64,000 nucleotides of DNA from Heptranchias perlo (taxonomy: Eukaryota). Below, piece by piece: positions 1 through 12,062 of this stretch. The notes below the pieces were generated by a model. It was given only the letters and a program-made list of their open reading frames with translations. It made no database searches and was not told the origin of the DNA. The stretch lies in contig NC_090353.1 in assembly GCF_035084215.1 (NCBI RefSeq), positions 10,106,001 to 10,170,000 of the forward strand, in the 5' to 3' direction. Both the position numbers and the translations under genes were made by a program. Numbering within the stretch: position 1 is the first letter of the stretch; the number at the start of each line of letters is the position of its first letter.

Positions 1-409
1 TCAATGGAGAGTAAAATCAGGCATCTGGCCTGAACCTGCCATTTCCCACTTAGCAGGTTAGATTAAAATGACCTCCTCTGTGCCCGCACCTCCCTGTTGT
101 CTGCCTACTATTCTATGGTGTATTTCATCTGGGATCTATTTTTCTTCCTACCCTTCCCCCACCTAACTAGTTTAACTTCCTAACCTATAATGTGTCTTGA
201 CTATTTCTCATATCCTGTCCATTTTAGACCAAGACACTTCATCATCAATGCAAGGAACGCACGCCATGGGCTGAGTGGCCCTTTGTTCAGTGCTTTATCG
301 TGTTCTTAATCTTATCCAAAGCCTAACCCTTCCAAACATCAATACATGGCACTCAACAAGAAGGAAGTTAGAACATAGTTTAAAACACAAAACACTAGAA
401 TTAATCAGC

Positions 410-2570
410 AAGTCAGACAGCATCTGTGGAGAAAGAAACAGAGTTAACGTTTCAGGTTGATGACCTTGGGTCAGAACAGGAAGAAGTTGAAGATCAAACA
501 GTTTTTAAACAAGTACGGGCCAGGGAAAGGGAGGGGAGGAAAGAACAAAAGAGAAGGTCTCTGATAGGGTGGAGGTCAGGAGTGATTAATGTCAAAAGGG
601 ACGATGGTGCAAGGCACGGAGGGTGGTAATGGAACAAGCAAAGAAACAAAAAGATGGGTCTAGAGGAACTGTAAATGGCAACATCAGAACCATTACCAGC
701 ATTTGCTGTCTGAAAAAATGGGAGCAGTAGTTATGATCTGGTTATTGAAATCAGTTTGAGTCCAGAAGATTGTAAAGTGCTTAAATCGAAAGATGGTGCT
801 ATTCCTAGAGCTTCATTGGAACAGCGTAAGAGGCAGAGTACAGAGAGGAAGTGGGACGGGGAATTAAAATGGCAAGCGACCAGCAGGTTTGGGACTCGCT
901 TGTGGACTGAGCGGAGGTGTTCAGCAAAGCGATCACCCAATCTGCGTTTGGACTCCCCAGTGTAGAGGAGACTGCATCGTGAGCAGCAAATACAGTACGC
1001 TAAATTGAAAGTGGTACAAGTAAATCACTGTACCACTGGGAAGGAGTGTTTGGGGCCCTGGACAGTGGGAAGGGAGGTGGTGAAAGGGCAGGTGTTGCAT
1101 CTGCTGCTCTCGCATAGGAAGGTGCCGTGGGAAGGAGCGGGTGTTGGGGACGATGGAAGAGTGGACCAGGGTGTCATGGAAGGAACAGTCCCTTCGGAAT
1201 GCTGAAAGGGGAGGGGAGGATGTGTTTGGTGGTGGCATCGCTCTGGAGGTGGCAGATGATACGTTGAATGCGGAAGGTGACGGGGTAGAAGGTGGGGACC
1301 CTATCATTGGTTCTGGGAGGGAGGGAGGGGAAGGGGTCACGGCAGAAGTGCGGGAAATGGGACGGACACAGTCGAGGGCCCTGTCAACTACAGTGGAGGG
1401 GAATCTTTGGTTGAAGAAAATGGAAGACATATCGGAAACATTGGTGTGGAAGGTGGCATCATCAGAACAGATGCGACGGAGAAACTGGGAGAAGGGAACG
1501 GAGACCTTACAGGAAGCGTAATCAAGGTAGCTGTGGGAGTTGGTGGGCTTATAGTAGATATTGGTTGACAGCCTAGCCCCATAAATGGAGAGAAGTCGAG
1601 GAAGGGAAAGGTAGAGTCAGAAATGGACCATGTGAAGGCAAGGGAAGGGTGGAAATTGGAAGCAAAGTTGATGAAATTTTCCAGTTTGGGGTGAGAGCAA
1701 GAAACAGCACCTATACATTCATCAATATACCGGAAAAAGGTGAGGGAGGGGACCAGAGTAGGACTGCAACAAAGAATGTCCCATGTATCCCACAAAAAGG
1801 CAGGTATAGCTAGGACCCATACGGGTTCCCATAGCGACATCTTTTATTTGGAGTAAGTGAGTGGAGTCAAAGGAGAAGTTGTCCAACATAAAAACAAGTT
1901 CATCCAGGCAGAGGAGGGTGGTGGTGGATGGGGACTGGTTGGGCCTCCGTTCAAGGAAGAAGCGGAGGGCCTGCAGGCCGCCCTGGTGGGGGATGGAGGT
2001 GTAGAGGGACTGGACGTCCATAGGGCTGGGAAACTGTTAAAGTGGCAGAAGAGTCACAGATGTAGGTCGGAAGAGACTGGACAAGGAGAAAAAAAGTCAA
2101 GATTGGAAGAAATAAGTTCCGTGGGGCAAAAACAGGCTGAAACGATGGGTGTACCAGGGCAGTCCTCTTTGTGGATCTTGGGAAGGAGATAGAAGTGGGC
2201 TGTGCAAGGTTGGGAGACTAAGAGGTTGGAAGCTGTGGTGGGGGGGCAGGGGATTAAAAAAGATTCCAGAGGAGATGAGAACAGCGATGGTCTGGGAAAC
2301 GGTGGCTTGATGTGCGGCAGTAGGGTCATGGTCCAGGGAGAGGTAGGAGGAAGTGTCGGAGAGTTGGCGTTCAGCCTCAAGGTCGAGGTCTGTTCGCCAA
2401 ACAGCGCCGCCCTTGTCAGCAGGTTCAACGACTCTCGGGGTTGGACCTGAGAGAACGGAGCGCTGCAAGTTCAGAGGGAGGTAGGTTAGAGTGATTGAGG
2501 GATCAATTGAGACGGCCGATGGCACGCCAGCAGCTCCCAATGAAAAGATCAAGGGAAGGCAAGAGGCCAG
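410..2570 (-). mobile_element. Penelope-like retroelement, decayed (RT + GIY-YIG endonuclease + 3' pLTR)
   Basis: Minus-strand frames give PLE RT motifs FYLLPKIHK..PGTPIVS, MDVQSLYTSIPH, AMGTRMGPSY and FRYIDECIG, plus GIY-YIG-region DRFAEHLRSV..VACHFNS. Frameshifted. Confidence 0.9.
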
Positions 2571-2584
2571 AGGGAGGGATTAGG

Positions 2585-3297
2585 TACTTTGCAACCTTTA
2601 CTTGTCCCTCTTTCAATTTAGCATACAGTATTCGCTGCTCACATTGCAGTCACCTCTACACTGGGCAGACCAAACATAGTTTGGTTGATCGCTTTGCTGA
2701 ACACCTCCGCTCAGTTTGCAAGCATAACCCTGACCTGCCGGTCGCTTGCCATTTTAATTCCCCGTTCCACTCACACTCCGACCTCGGCCTTTTACACTGT
2801 TCCAATGAAGCTTAACGGATGCTCAAGGAACAGCACCTCATCTTTCAATTAGGCACTTTACAACCTTCTGGACTCACTGATTTCAATAACTTCATATCGT
2901 AACCACTGGTCCCATTTTTCACAGCATATGCTGTTCATGGTTCTGCTGTTGCCATTTACAGCTCCTCTAGACCCATCTTTTATTTCTTTACTTGTCCCAT
3001 TACCACCCTTCTTGCCTCGCACCATCATCCCTTTTGTCATTTAACCACTCATGCCCTCCACCCTATCAGAGACCTTCCCTTTTGATCTTTCCTCCCCCCC
3101 CACCCCCTGCTTTCCCTGGCTCTGTACTTGCTTAAAATCTGTTTAATCTTCAACTTTTTCCAGTTCTGACGAAAGGTCTTCGACCTGAAACATTAACTCT
3201 TGTTTATTTCTCCAAAAATGCTGCCTGACTTGCTGAGTGCTTCCAGCATTTTCTGTTTCTTTCCAGATTTCCAGCATCCGCAGTATTTTGCTTTTGA
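2585..3297 (+). mobile_element. Inverted copy of the Penelope 3' end (GIY-YIG fragment + pLTR)
   Basis: ORF 2495-2815 encodes YSIRCSHCSHLYTGQTKHSLVDRFAEHLRSV..VACHFNS. The downstream sequence is the reverse complement of ~410-1030. Confidence 0.88.
3162..3198 (+). ncRNA. Minimal type I hammerhead ribozyme motif in Penelope pLTR (probably degenerate)
   Basis: agtt-CTGACGA-a-aggtc(ttc)gacct-GAAA-catt-aact: intact core boxes, stem II and stem I (agtt/aact). The stem III palindrome AACGTT is mutated to AACATT. Confidence 0.7.
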
Positions 3298-4009
3298 TTT
3301 AAAACATTGTTAACTTAGAGCCCACATAAAGCCAACATGCAAAAAACACTGCGATGCAAAATGCAACACAAGATAGTTACAAAAATATGCATCAGCGAAG
3401 TGAAGCAAATGGAAGAGACCCATGTGACATTTCACTCCAGGAACTTTGTAAAGTGAAGATTCTTTGAAAATATTTTTTGTCTGCAAATCCAACAAAAGCA
3501 AATCTATTGGTCAAATAAATTGCATATAACCCTTTGCACATCGCAGAGATAGCCCCATGCACCCACCCAAAGTGGAATGCATTGTCTGTGATTCGATTCA
3601 AACAAACACTGAAATATTTTGAATTTTTTTCCCCCCCTCTAATTTATATTGCCTACAATGGGTCTCGAGTGCATACATCTCAAGGACCCATGTGACAGTG
3701 CAGCTGAGCTGTGAGCTGTCCTTGAGACAGATTGGAGATGGAAGGAGGCTCACGTTCACCAACACGTGAAAGACTCTAAGCTGCCTGACTCACGGAATTG
3801 AATGCCACATTTTGTGCAGCATGTGAGCCAAGGTGACAGAAAAATGTCAGAAATATTTCCTTAATTTGATGCAAAAAAAATACAAAGATTTGGAAATTAT
3901 GTGAATATTCATCACCACCCTCTTCCTTTACAACTATTTCAACCCCAGCTGAGTTGTTCCAAGTAAATTCTCAACAAAGGTTTCTTGTGAGTTTCTTTAA
4001 TGGCTCTGC

Positions 4010-4330
4010 TCCAGTGTGGAACTGAGCTATACTGACCAAGAAGGTCCCAGGTTCAATTTCCCCATTCTATGCTGAGAGTCAGCTGATCTTGGTCAGGGTA
4101 GTCCTAATGAGTGCTACAGATGGCCTCAGTGACTCTGAGCTAGGAGGACAAAAATCAGTAAGGGTTTCAGAAGTCTGATTGCTATTCAGTGACCCTTACT
4201 GGAATGTGAGAGAATGCTAGGTGAGAACAGGATCAAGCTCAGTTGTAATGTCCCCTATGGTCAAACAGCTTCCTTACATTCACTGCCTAGGCTTATGCAT
4301 TTAAAAAAAGACACTTGGTTGACATATGGC
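4010..4330 (+). mobile_element. LF-SINE-like element
   Basis: tRNA-like head (gaaggtcccaggttcaatt..gctgag..agctgatct), then ggcctcagtg..ctaggagg..aaaatcag..gattgctattcagtgaccc, recognised as LF-SINE-type sequence. Confidence 0.65.
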
Positions 4331-4739
4331 AGGGCTGGTATCACAGTCAACCATGGCAATGTACTCCCAGCATTAGTGACCATTTTGGGAAATGGGAAGA
4401 GAAAATTGGGGTGGGGGTGGGGAAATGTAAACATCAGCCTGTGGCTTAAAACTACTTTCTGTGATGAGGAAATGAGATGGAGTGAACCCACTTAGGCCCT
4501 GGCTTCAAATAGTCAAGTCTAATTCAAAAGGCCCTTTGCTATTAGTGATTATCTTTATTAATAATGTACTGCCTTTGTACATTTAACCCACTACAAAACT
4601 GAGATTATCTTTAGTTTTCTTCTTGTCCAGTGCTGCACACTAATATTTGGAAGGGTCAAGCCTTAGATATGATTAAGAACATGAGGAAGCAGGGAACAAG
4701 AAAAGGCCATTCATCCCATCAAGCCTGTTCCTTTCATAG

Positions 4740-5460
4740 ATGGTGGCTCAGGTGGTAGTATGCTTGCTTCTGACTCAGAGGGTTATGGATTCAAGACCCA
4801 TGCCAGTACTTGAGTACATAAACTACACTGACAATACAGCAATGTAGAGGGAGTGCTGCATTGTTGGAGGTACCATCCTTTGTATGAGATGTTAAAACTT
4901 AGGCCTGTGGCTCAGGTTGATGTTGAAGATCCTAGAAGTAGTTCGTAGAAGTAGTGCTTCAAGTGGCTGACATTCTTCCCTCACATACCACCAAAATAGA
5001 TTAACTTGGTCATTTGCCCCATTGTTGTGGAATCCTGCAGTGCAGTGTTGAGGGAGTTCTGTACTTTTACATGAGATGTTGAAAAGGCAGTTTAAGTGGC
5101 AATAAAAGATCTGATGGCACTACAGGATCAGAAAGGTCACCTTGTATCCTGGCCAACATTCCGCCATCAAATAACACTACCAAATTAGACAACAGGTCAT
5201 TTATCTAATTCATTATTTGTGGGACCTTGCTGTGCACAAATTGGCTGCAATGTTTGCCTGCAAAACAACAGGTTAGATTTGAAAGTATTTCATTGACTAT
5301 GCACTACTTTGGGACATCCTGAGAACATGAAAACCACTAGATAAATACAAATTTTTCCTTCTAATAACAAGTCATTTCAAAAAAGTAATTGAGTATGAAG
5401 CATTTCCAGATGTTTGAAAAATGCAAGGTTCTAGATAAATGCAAGTCTTTCTTTTTATCC
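4740..5460 (+). mobile_element. Two tandem decayed Deu-domain SINEs (SacSINE1/AmnSINE1-like)
   Basis: tRNA head (tgactcagagggttatggattcaag), Deu core (gatctgatggcacta..cctggccaacatt..gtgggaccttgctgtgcacaaattggctgc) and L2-type tail (ataaatgcaagtctttc). Confidence 0.75.
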
Positions 5461-6539
5461 TATCATGGACTCTGAGAAAGTTCTACACAGGTACAACCTG
5501 AACCCTAACAAGCAAAACTCCAAAGTATGCATCTATCCTCATATTTCCTCCATCAAGCCTGGCTGGCTGTCAATCTCAGATAACCCCTAACCTCAGAACC
5601 ACAGGAACCATGTCCTGTGGAGTATTTGAATATCTGCACTTATTCCTATAATCTCCAAACCCCTCCTTAACTCCAGGCATGGTAGTTTTACTGCCACGGA
5701 ATTTGCGCCACAATATAGAAGTTGAACTGGTTCCTTGAGGAACTATTGCAGACTGCTCCACGGAGGAATACAACATAGAAGAGTCACTGGGCAACAACAC
5801 AAAAAGTGCTTTTAAACTGCTACAAACATAATAATAGGTATGAAGGAAGAGGACAGGAAAAGACCATCTGGTCCATCTAACCCACCCCATCCAGATATGT
5901 TACAATCCACTTACACTGCCAACTCAGGCAATCTCCTAGGAGAAAGGAAAAAATAACAGACCATATAGGAAAATCCCAGGAAAAATTCCTTTCCCACCCC
6001 CAAAGGTGATCAAACAAAAGTTCCATGAGACTGCAGTATCTCATGAGTATTACTAATCCCAGCTGTTTAATATTAATTACACCAATACCTTCATTAACCC
6101 TTTCGTCAAGGATTTCTTTTCTCCCAACCTGCCTTCTATAATGAGATGTCCTTCTCGCTCAGAAAATTCACCAGCTCCCTTTTGCATGTCTGCACGCTGC
6201 AGTAATCAGTTCCAGAAGGCGATGTCATTCTGGAATGAAATACTTCCTGGCATCTAACCAAACTTTTTGCTTATATATTTTATACTCGTTCCCTCTAGTT
6301 CTCCCATCCCTATCTAACTCAAAAAACTTATCAATGCAGACAGATTCTACTCCCTTTATTTAAAAAAAAAATCAAATCTCAAGTCTACCTTTCTCTTATA
6401 AAAGAAGCCCCAATGAAACATGGGGAGGACCACGTTTCAGGGGGCTGCTGTGCCCCCTTTACTTTATCTCACCCAGCGCCGCTGCCCACATGCCCCCAGT
6501 TAGGAACACAGCACAGAGGCCTGCTTTCTGCATATATGT

Positions 6540-6735
6540 GCATAGATGCATTTAAGGGGATGCTAGATAAACACACGAGGAAGAGAGGAATAGAAGGGTA
6601 TATTGTTAGGGTTAGATGAAGTAAAGGACCGGGGGGGGGGGGGGGGGGGGGGTGGGGAAGCTCATGTGGAGCATAAACGCCGGCATAGACCAGTTGGGCC
6701 GAATGGCCTGTTCTGTGCTGTAGATTCGATGTAAC
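6540..6735 (+). mobile_element. CR1 LINE 3' end fragment
   Basis: Typical shark CR1 3'UTR (gcatttaagggg..ctagataaacaca..ggagcataaac..gggccgaatggcctgttctgtgctgta). A related copy lies at 16195-16465. Confidence 0.75.
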
Positions 6736-8519
6736 TCGAAATATGTACACCTGAATGTTGTCACCACAAGTTCCCATTTGAACCTGGACATTTTAATTGA
6801 GCAGCCACGACGTCACTGATGCTAAGATGTAACTGAATTGTTTCCCTGTGTTTAGTGAGCCAGAAGCAGCATCAGCGAATCTGGCGGCACCTCATCAAAT
6901 CTTCACAAAAAGGCTGTCTCTGCTGCCACTGACTCAAATGATCGTCCCTTCCTAATGTGTCGTTAGTTGCAATTTGCTAACTTAAAAGCACCGAAACTTA
7001 GCCCAAAACAGGGAGATCCATGCCAGACACAAAGATCTGCAAAAAGGCCTCCATCTGAAATTCTGTACCAAGTTAATATGCATATTTAATCATCAATTAT
7101 ACAGACCAACTCCTTAATTAAGGAGGCTGCTGTTGACACGTGGCTTCATTTATATTCAGACTCTCAAAGGTAGTTGCCCCTTAATAGATAAAGGAACATT
7201 ATGCTAAATAGAGTGTGTCACGCCCATCTGCAAACTATTTAAATGTGGCGTGAATATTCATTGAATATTTCTGCTTCCTGCTGAGGAACAATTAGACTTG
7301 AAATGAATATTTCTCAGCTGTGGCTGTTTAATATTAATTACACCAGTACCTTAGTTAACCCTTTCACCTCTGGTTTCTTCTCTATTAGGAGGTAAAAATG
7401 CAAATACAAAAAAGGGCTGATTCCACAATCAAGAGCTCCCAGCATGGAGTGGTGCTCATAGGGAGCTCTGGTCAAGAGATCAAGGAACGGCAGCATCTAA
7501 TTATCTCCGTTAGTCTGAATGGACAGAAAATCAGAAACTGCGTTCCCACTAGTTCTCTGAGCACGCTGGGAGTGCCCAATTGAGGAAACAGTTCTTATAT
7601 ATTACACTCACTCAGTTTTAAGCCTTCCTGGTCCTCTATGACAGATTATCTTTCACTAAACAACAGTTTATATTTATACAGCTCAGTTCATGAAATAAAA
7701 AAGCACCACAGAGTTTTACAGGGGTAACAGGTGGATGCTGAGAAGCAAGGAAAGGAATTTAGGAAGGGAGGTCAAAGGCACCAAAGGTCAGCTTTGAAAC
7801 ATCGTAGAATATTATCTTAATATGTTTGTCCAAAATTCCTCTCTACTATTTTTGCAGGCGTGTCAAACCGTTTGCTATTTTAACAAAGGCAATTTATAAT
7901 AGACAGGAATTGCAGATGTGTGTTAAGCATTAGTATCCTATGCCACCATTTCAGGGCTACTGGTTCTTAGGAGGCTTTTGAAGGCAGAAAGACAAAGTGG
8001 TTTTGAGAGAAGGTTCTGGGGGTCAGGGACATAATTGCCAAAAAGGTGCAGCAGAAGGGGGTGGGCGGGGGAAAAAAAGAGAAAGGAAGGGCTCAACCAT
8101 TGACCCAGAGAGTCAGAGAAACAGAGGGTGCAGGCTGGACAAAATTCTTGAATGAGGCTCAAGAGGACAAGGGTCTTCACATTGATTCACTGGTGCATAG
8201 GGAGCAAGTAAAGGGGGCGAGGGTGAGGATGCAAGTGATGGGAGTTTGAAACGTTGTGTGGGAGAGGACCCACTGTGATGGCAGTATAAACACCATAATA
8301 TTGCATCAGGGTTGTACATGGCACTGACAGTCAACATCTATACTGATAGCCATTAACTCAAACGCAGCCCCAAAACCAATTATCCCCTCCCCTCCCAATC
8401 TCCCTCATATCAAAAGTGAAAAGGCATGTAGGGTTTCAGTCATGATCCCGGCCAAGTTACAGCAACAGAGTGGGAGCAGCACCGAGGACGTTCCTGGCCT
8501 CTGTCTCGATTCCCTTATG

Positions 8520-8840
8520 AGCAATGTCACGGGAAATCAACTTAGTAAGTATCCTTCTCAACCTTTCCTCCAATTTTAGCCTCTTGCGCATCCCTGATTT
8601 CCTTCGCCCCACCACTGGCAGCTATGCCTTCAGCTGCCCAGCTCCTAAGCTTTGGAATTTGCTCCCTATACCCTCTCTCCTCCTTAAAACTTACCTCCTT
8701 GACCAAGCCTTTGGTCACCTGTCCTAATATCTCCTTGTGTGGCTCGGTGGACAAATTTTGTTTGATTACACTCCTGTGAAGCGCCTTGGGACGTTTTACT
8801 ACATTAGAGGCGGTATATAAATACAAGTAGTTGTTGTTTA
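8520..8840 (+). mobile_element. L2 LINE 3' end
   Basis: Encodes YAFSCPAPKLWNLLP..LLKTYLLDQAF and ends in the L2 tail gtgaagcgccttgggacg..ggcggtatataaatacaagt. Confidence 0.8.
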
Positions 8841-9709
8841 GATTTTTAAAGGGTACCAGAAGGACAAGACTAATTTTCTAACTCTTTAATGGATTATTTC
8901 TAATAATGGTAGGGTAAGCTTTACAAGGCCTCAGGGTGCAGCCAGTGCATATTAGAAAATGGCACACGTTGCCAAAAAGGTAGCCAGTTATGTTCTTTCC
9001 CCCCCCCCCCCCCAGTAAGTGGAGCATGGCTCGGCTTCATTCTGCTCGGAGAACCAGATGTTATTGTGCTGCAGCCTTTTCAAATAAAAATGAAAAGTAC
9101 AGAACATTCGCTGCTTTCGAGCGGCTTGGTTTCCAAGAACTTGCAGACTGTTTTGAAAGCAAAAAAAAACAAAGAACGTTCTGATAATTCAGCTGTTTTT
9201 CAGCTGGCAGCTGCCTGCAAAGCAGATGGCTTTATTAAGAGACTAATGCATTTTATTAAGTCACAGGATACTCAGGTAGGCCCTACTTGCACAAGGCTGG
9301 ATTAGTGAGCTGTTGCAGCGTTTAGCTGCCTTTTGTCTGAAGGCTTCTGCCTACTTTTGTTTATTTTTATTTTTGCACACTCTGCTCAAGAGCACACCTG
9401 CACCCAGGAGATTAGGAGATAAGCATCATGTTAGTGTTAGAAGATGTTACTGTAGTGTTTGGAGTCATAGGGTTGTATTGTACTTCTTGCTGTGACCTTC
9501 CAGTATTCAGTTTCAGAACTGACACCAAAATAAATCTGATCAACCTGCCTGTTTTGCTCCAATTTTCTTTCTTCTTCACCTGAAGATGCTGGGTCAGATT
9601 CTGATAAGCTGCAGTTAAGAACATTAATAGGCCAGCCGGCCCCTCGAGCTCGCTCTGCCATTCAACAAGATCATGGCTGATCTTCTACCTCAACACTATT
9701 TTCCTGCAC

Positions 9710-11150
9710 CATCTGGAGGGACGAGGATGGGAGGCTGGCCAGGAGAGCATCGGAAAGGTCAAGTCTGGAGGTGACAAAGGCCTGGATAAGGGTTTCAGTG
9801 GCAGGTAGTGAGGGAGCAGCATGTAGATGGAAAAGAAGGGGCCAAGGATAGATCCTTAGGGGATTCCTGAGGTGACAGTGCAGGGGTGGGACAGGGAGAG
9901 AACCTATTGCTAGAGATACTCTGGCTATGATCAGATAGGCAAGAGTGGACCCAAGTAATCCCACCGAGCTGGGCAACAGATGAGAGGCATGGGGAGGATG
10001 GTGTTAGCAATCATGTCAGGCTGCAGAGAGGTTAAGGAGGACGCGAAGTGATTCCGGACAGCACAATCATAGACAAGATCATTCATGACTTTGGTTAGGG
10101 TCATTTCAGGGCAATGGGAGGAACAAAAACCTAAGTGGAGAGATGTAAACATAGAGGTGCGGAAAAGATCGACATTAATCCAAGATACAACACATTCAAA
10201 AGTACTTGAGGGGAATGAAAAGTTGGAGATGGTGCAGTAGTTTGCAGGGCAGAGGGTTGAGGGTCGTTTTTTTTGAGGAGGTGGTGTCGACATCCGTTTT
10301 GAAAAGGAGAGTCCTCTCAGCTAGCATACAGGGCCAGAAAGAGAAGTTGGGTGGCGAGTTGGGAATGGGGTTGAGGGAGCAGGAGGTGGATCTCACGGAT
10401 TAGATGAGCTCAGAGAGGACATAGTCGGGGGGGGGGGGGGGGGGGGGGGGAAAAAGACAAAAAAAATAAAAAACAGGGAGAACAGGCTTCAGGGCCAGGT
10501 GGGAAAGGGGAAGTGGGGCTGAGCTGCAGAGGCAGCTGAAAGGATGCTGTCTATCTTGGTGACAAAAGTAGTCCATGAACTCCTCGCCCTTATTGTTAGA
10601 GGTGAGAGTGGAGGGTTTAAAGGAGACTGTTGTGGTGGGAAAAAAAGAATCAGGGGGTTATCTTTTATTCTCTAGGATAATCCTAGAGTAGTAAGCGGTT
10701 TTGGTAGAGGAGTGAGTGATATGGTAGAGCTTGATGTGGACCAACCAGGTAATGGATGACTAAGACAGATTATGCATGAGATATGCTTGAGTTTGTACCC
10801 CTTAAACTTGAGGGAGTGAAGTTGGAGGCTATGCCAGAGGAATGACAGTGGATGTGTGGCTGAGTACAAGGTCATCAAAGGTGGAGGTGAGGTAGTGGTT
10901 GAGCAAATCAACAGGTGACAGTGAATGGCAGGCCTAAGGCTGGGAAGATGGAAGTTTGAAGTGCTGTTGTAAGTGACTTGGGGAAAGAGTATTCTCCCCC
11001 CAAGGAAGTGGGGTTTTAAGAGTGATGTGAGTGTTGAAGGATACAAGGAGATAGTCAAAAATGGCCTAATCTGTCTTGGAGACCAGGGAGTAGAGAAGGC
11101 ATTGGAGAAGACGTAAAATGGGTAGACCATCCATTTAGGTTGTCATAGAT
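9710..11150 (-). mobile_element. Decayed L2 LINE ORF2 fragments
   Basis: Minus-strand ETLIQAFVTSRLD, an RT PQGSILGP-like segment (ggccaaggatagatccttagggga on +) and a YCTISNF..FECVV segment. Confidence 0.7.
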
Positions 11151-11679
11151 CAGATCAAGAATCATGTAGCTTGAGAAGATTAGTAATTACATTACTCCAA
11201 CAATATAGGACTCCCTCAGTATTGCACCCAAATGTCAACCCTGATGCAGGTTTAATTTTCTTCATAATACTTCTGTAACAGTATTTCATATTGTTAAATG
11301 GTTCAGTTGAATAAATATTCAGGACTTTTATTCAGACTATGAAATTTTACCATATTTTATTTTAAAGTGCAAAGTTCATTTGTCCTGTCAGCACAGGCCA
11401 GGGATCAAAGCTGGGTTGCTCTGGTCTGTGTTCCTCAGCTACTCATTAATTCGGTGAATTTATTCATTGGAGAACTTGGCAGGCTTCCCTCGTTTAATGT
11501 TTTTTGTCCCACACTGGGTTTTGTCTCCGCACATTTAGCTGCCTCCACTACTTTCTAAAAAAGTTAATTCAGGATAGTGGATGAGGCCACAGAAGATCAA
11601 GAACACTAGTTGTTTAATGGTGAGTTCTGAGTTGGTCAGCTTTGAATGCAATGGCACTTGCATCATTCACAACCTCAGG

Positions 11680-12062
11680 TCATTCTAAAGTGCTCCAGAA
11701 ATAATCCATTGGCTGTGAAGTATGGTCACTGCTGTTTCGCAGGTAAATGCGGCAGCCAATTTGCACAAAGCAAGATCCAACGAGACAGCGAATGAGATGA
11801 ATGACTTGTTTTTTTGGTGTTGGTCGAATGATGAATATTGGTCAGGACATTGGAGAAATCTCAGCTCTTCTTTGAAAAGGGACATGGGATCTTTTACATG
11901 CATCTGAGCTGTAGACAAGAACTTGGATTAACACACTATCCGAAAGATGACACCTCCAACAATAAGGGACTCCCTCAGTGCTGCACCAAAGTGCCAGCCC
12001 AGGTCTGGAAGTGGGGCTTGAACCCACAACCTTCTGACTCAGAGGCAAGAATACTACCACAG
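11680..12062 (-). mobile_element. Deu-domain SINE (SacSINE1-like)
   Basis: Reverse complement of the same head and core (cttgaacccacaaccttctgactcagaggcaag; catgggatcttttac; gcagccaatttgcaca). Confidence 0.8.

Noticed and set aside
5495-5595. AACCCTAAC-like words suggesting a telomerase RNA template or telomeric repeats
   Set aside because: Isolated imperfect matches, with no pseudoknot, CR4/5 or H/ACA context.
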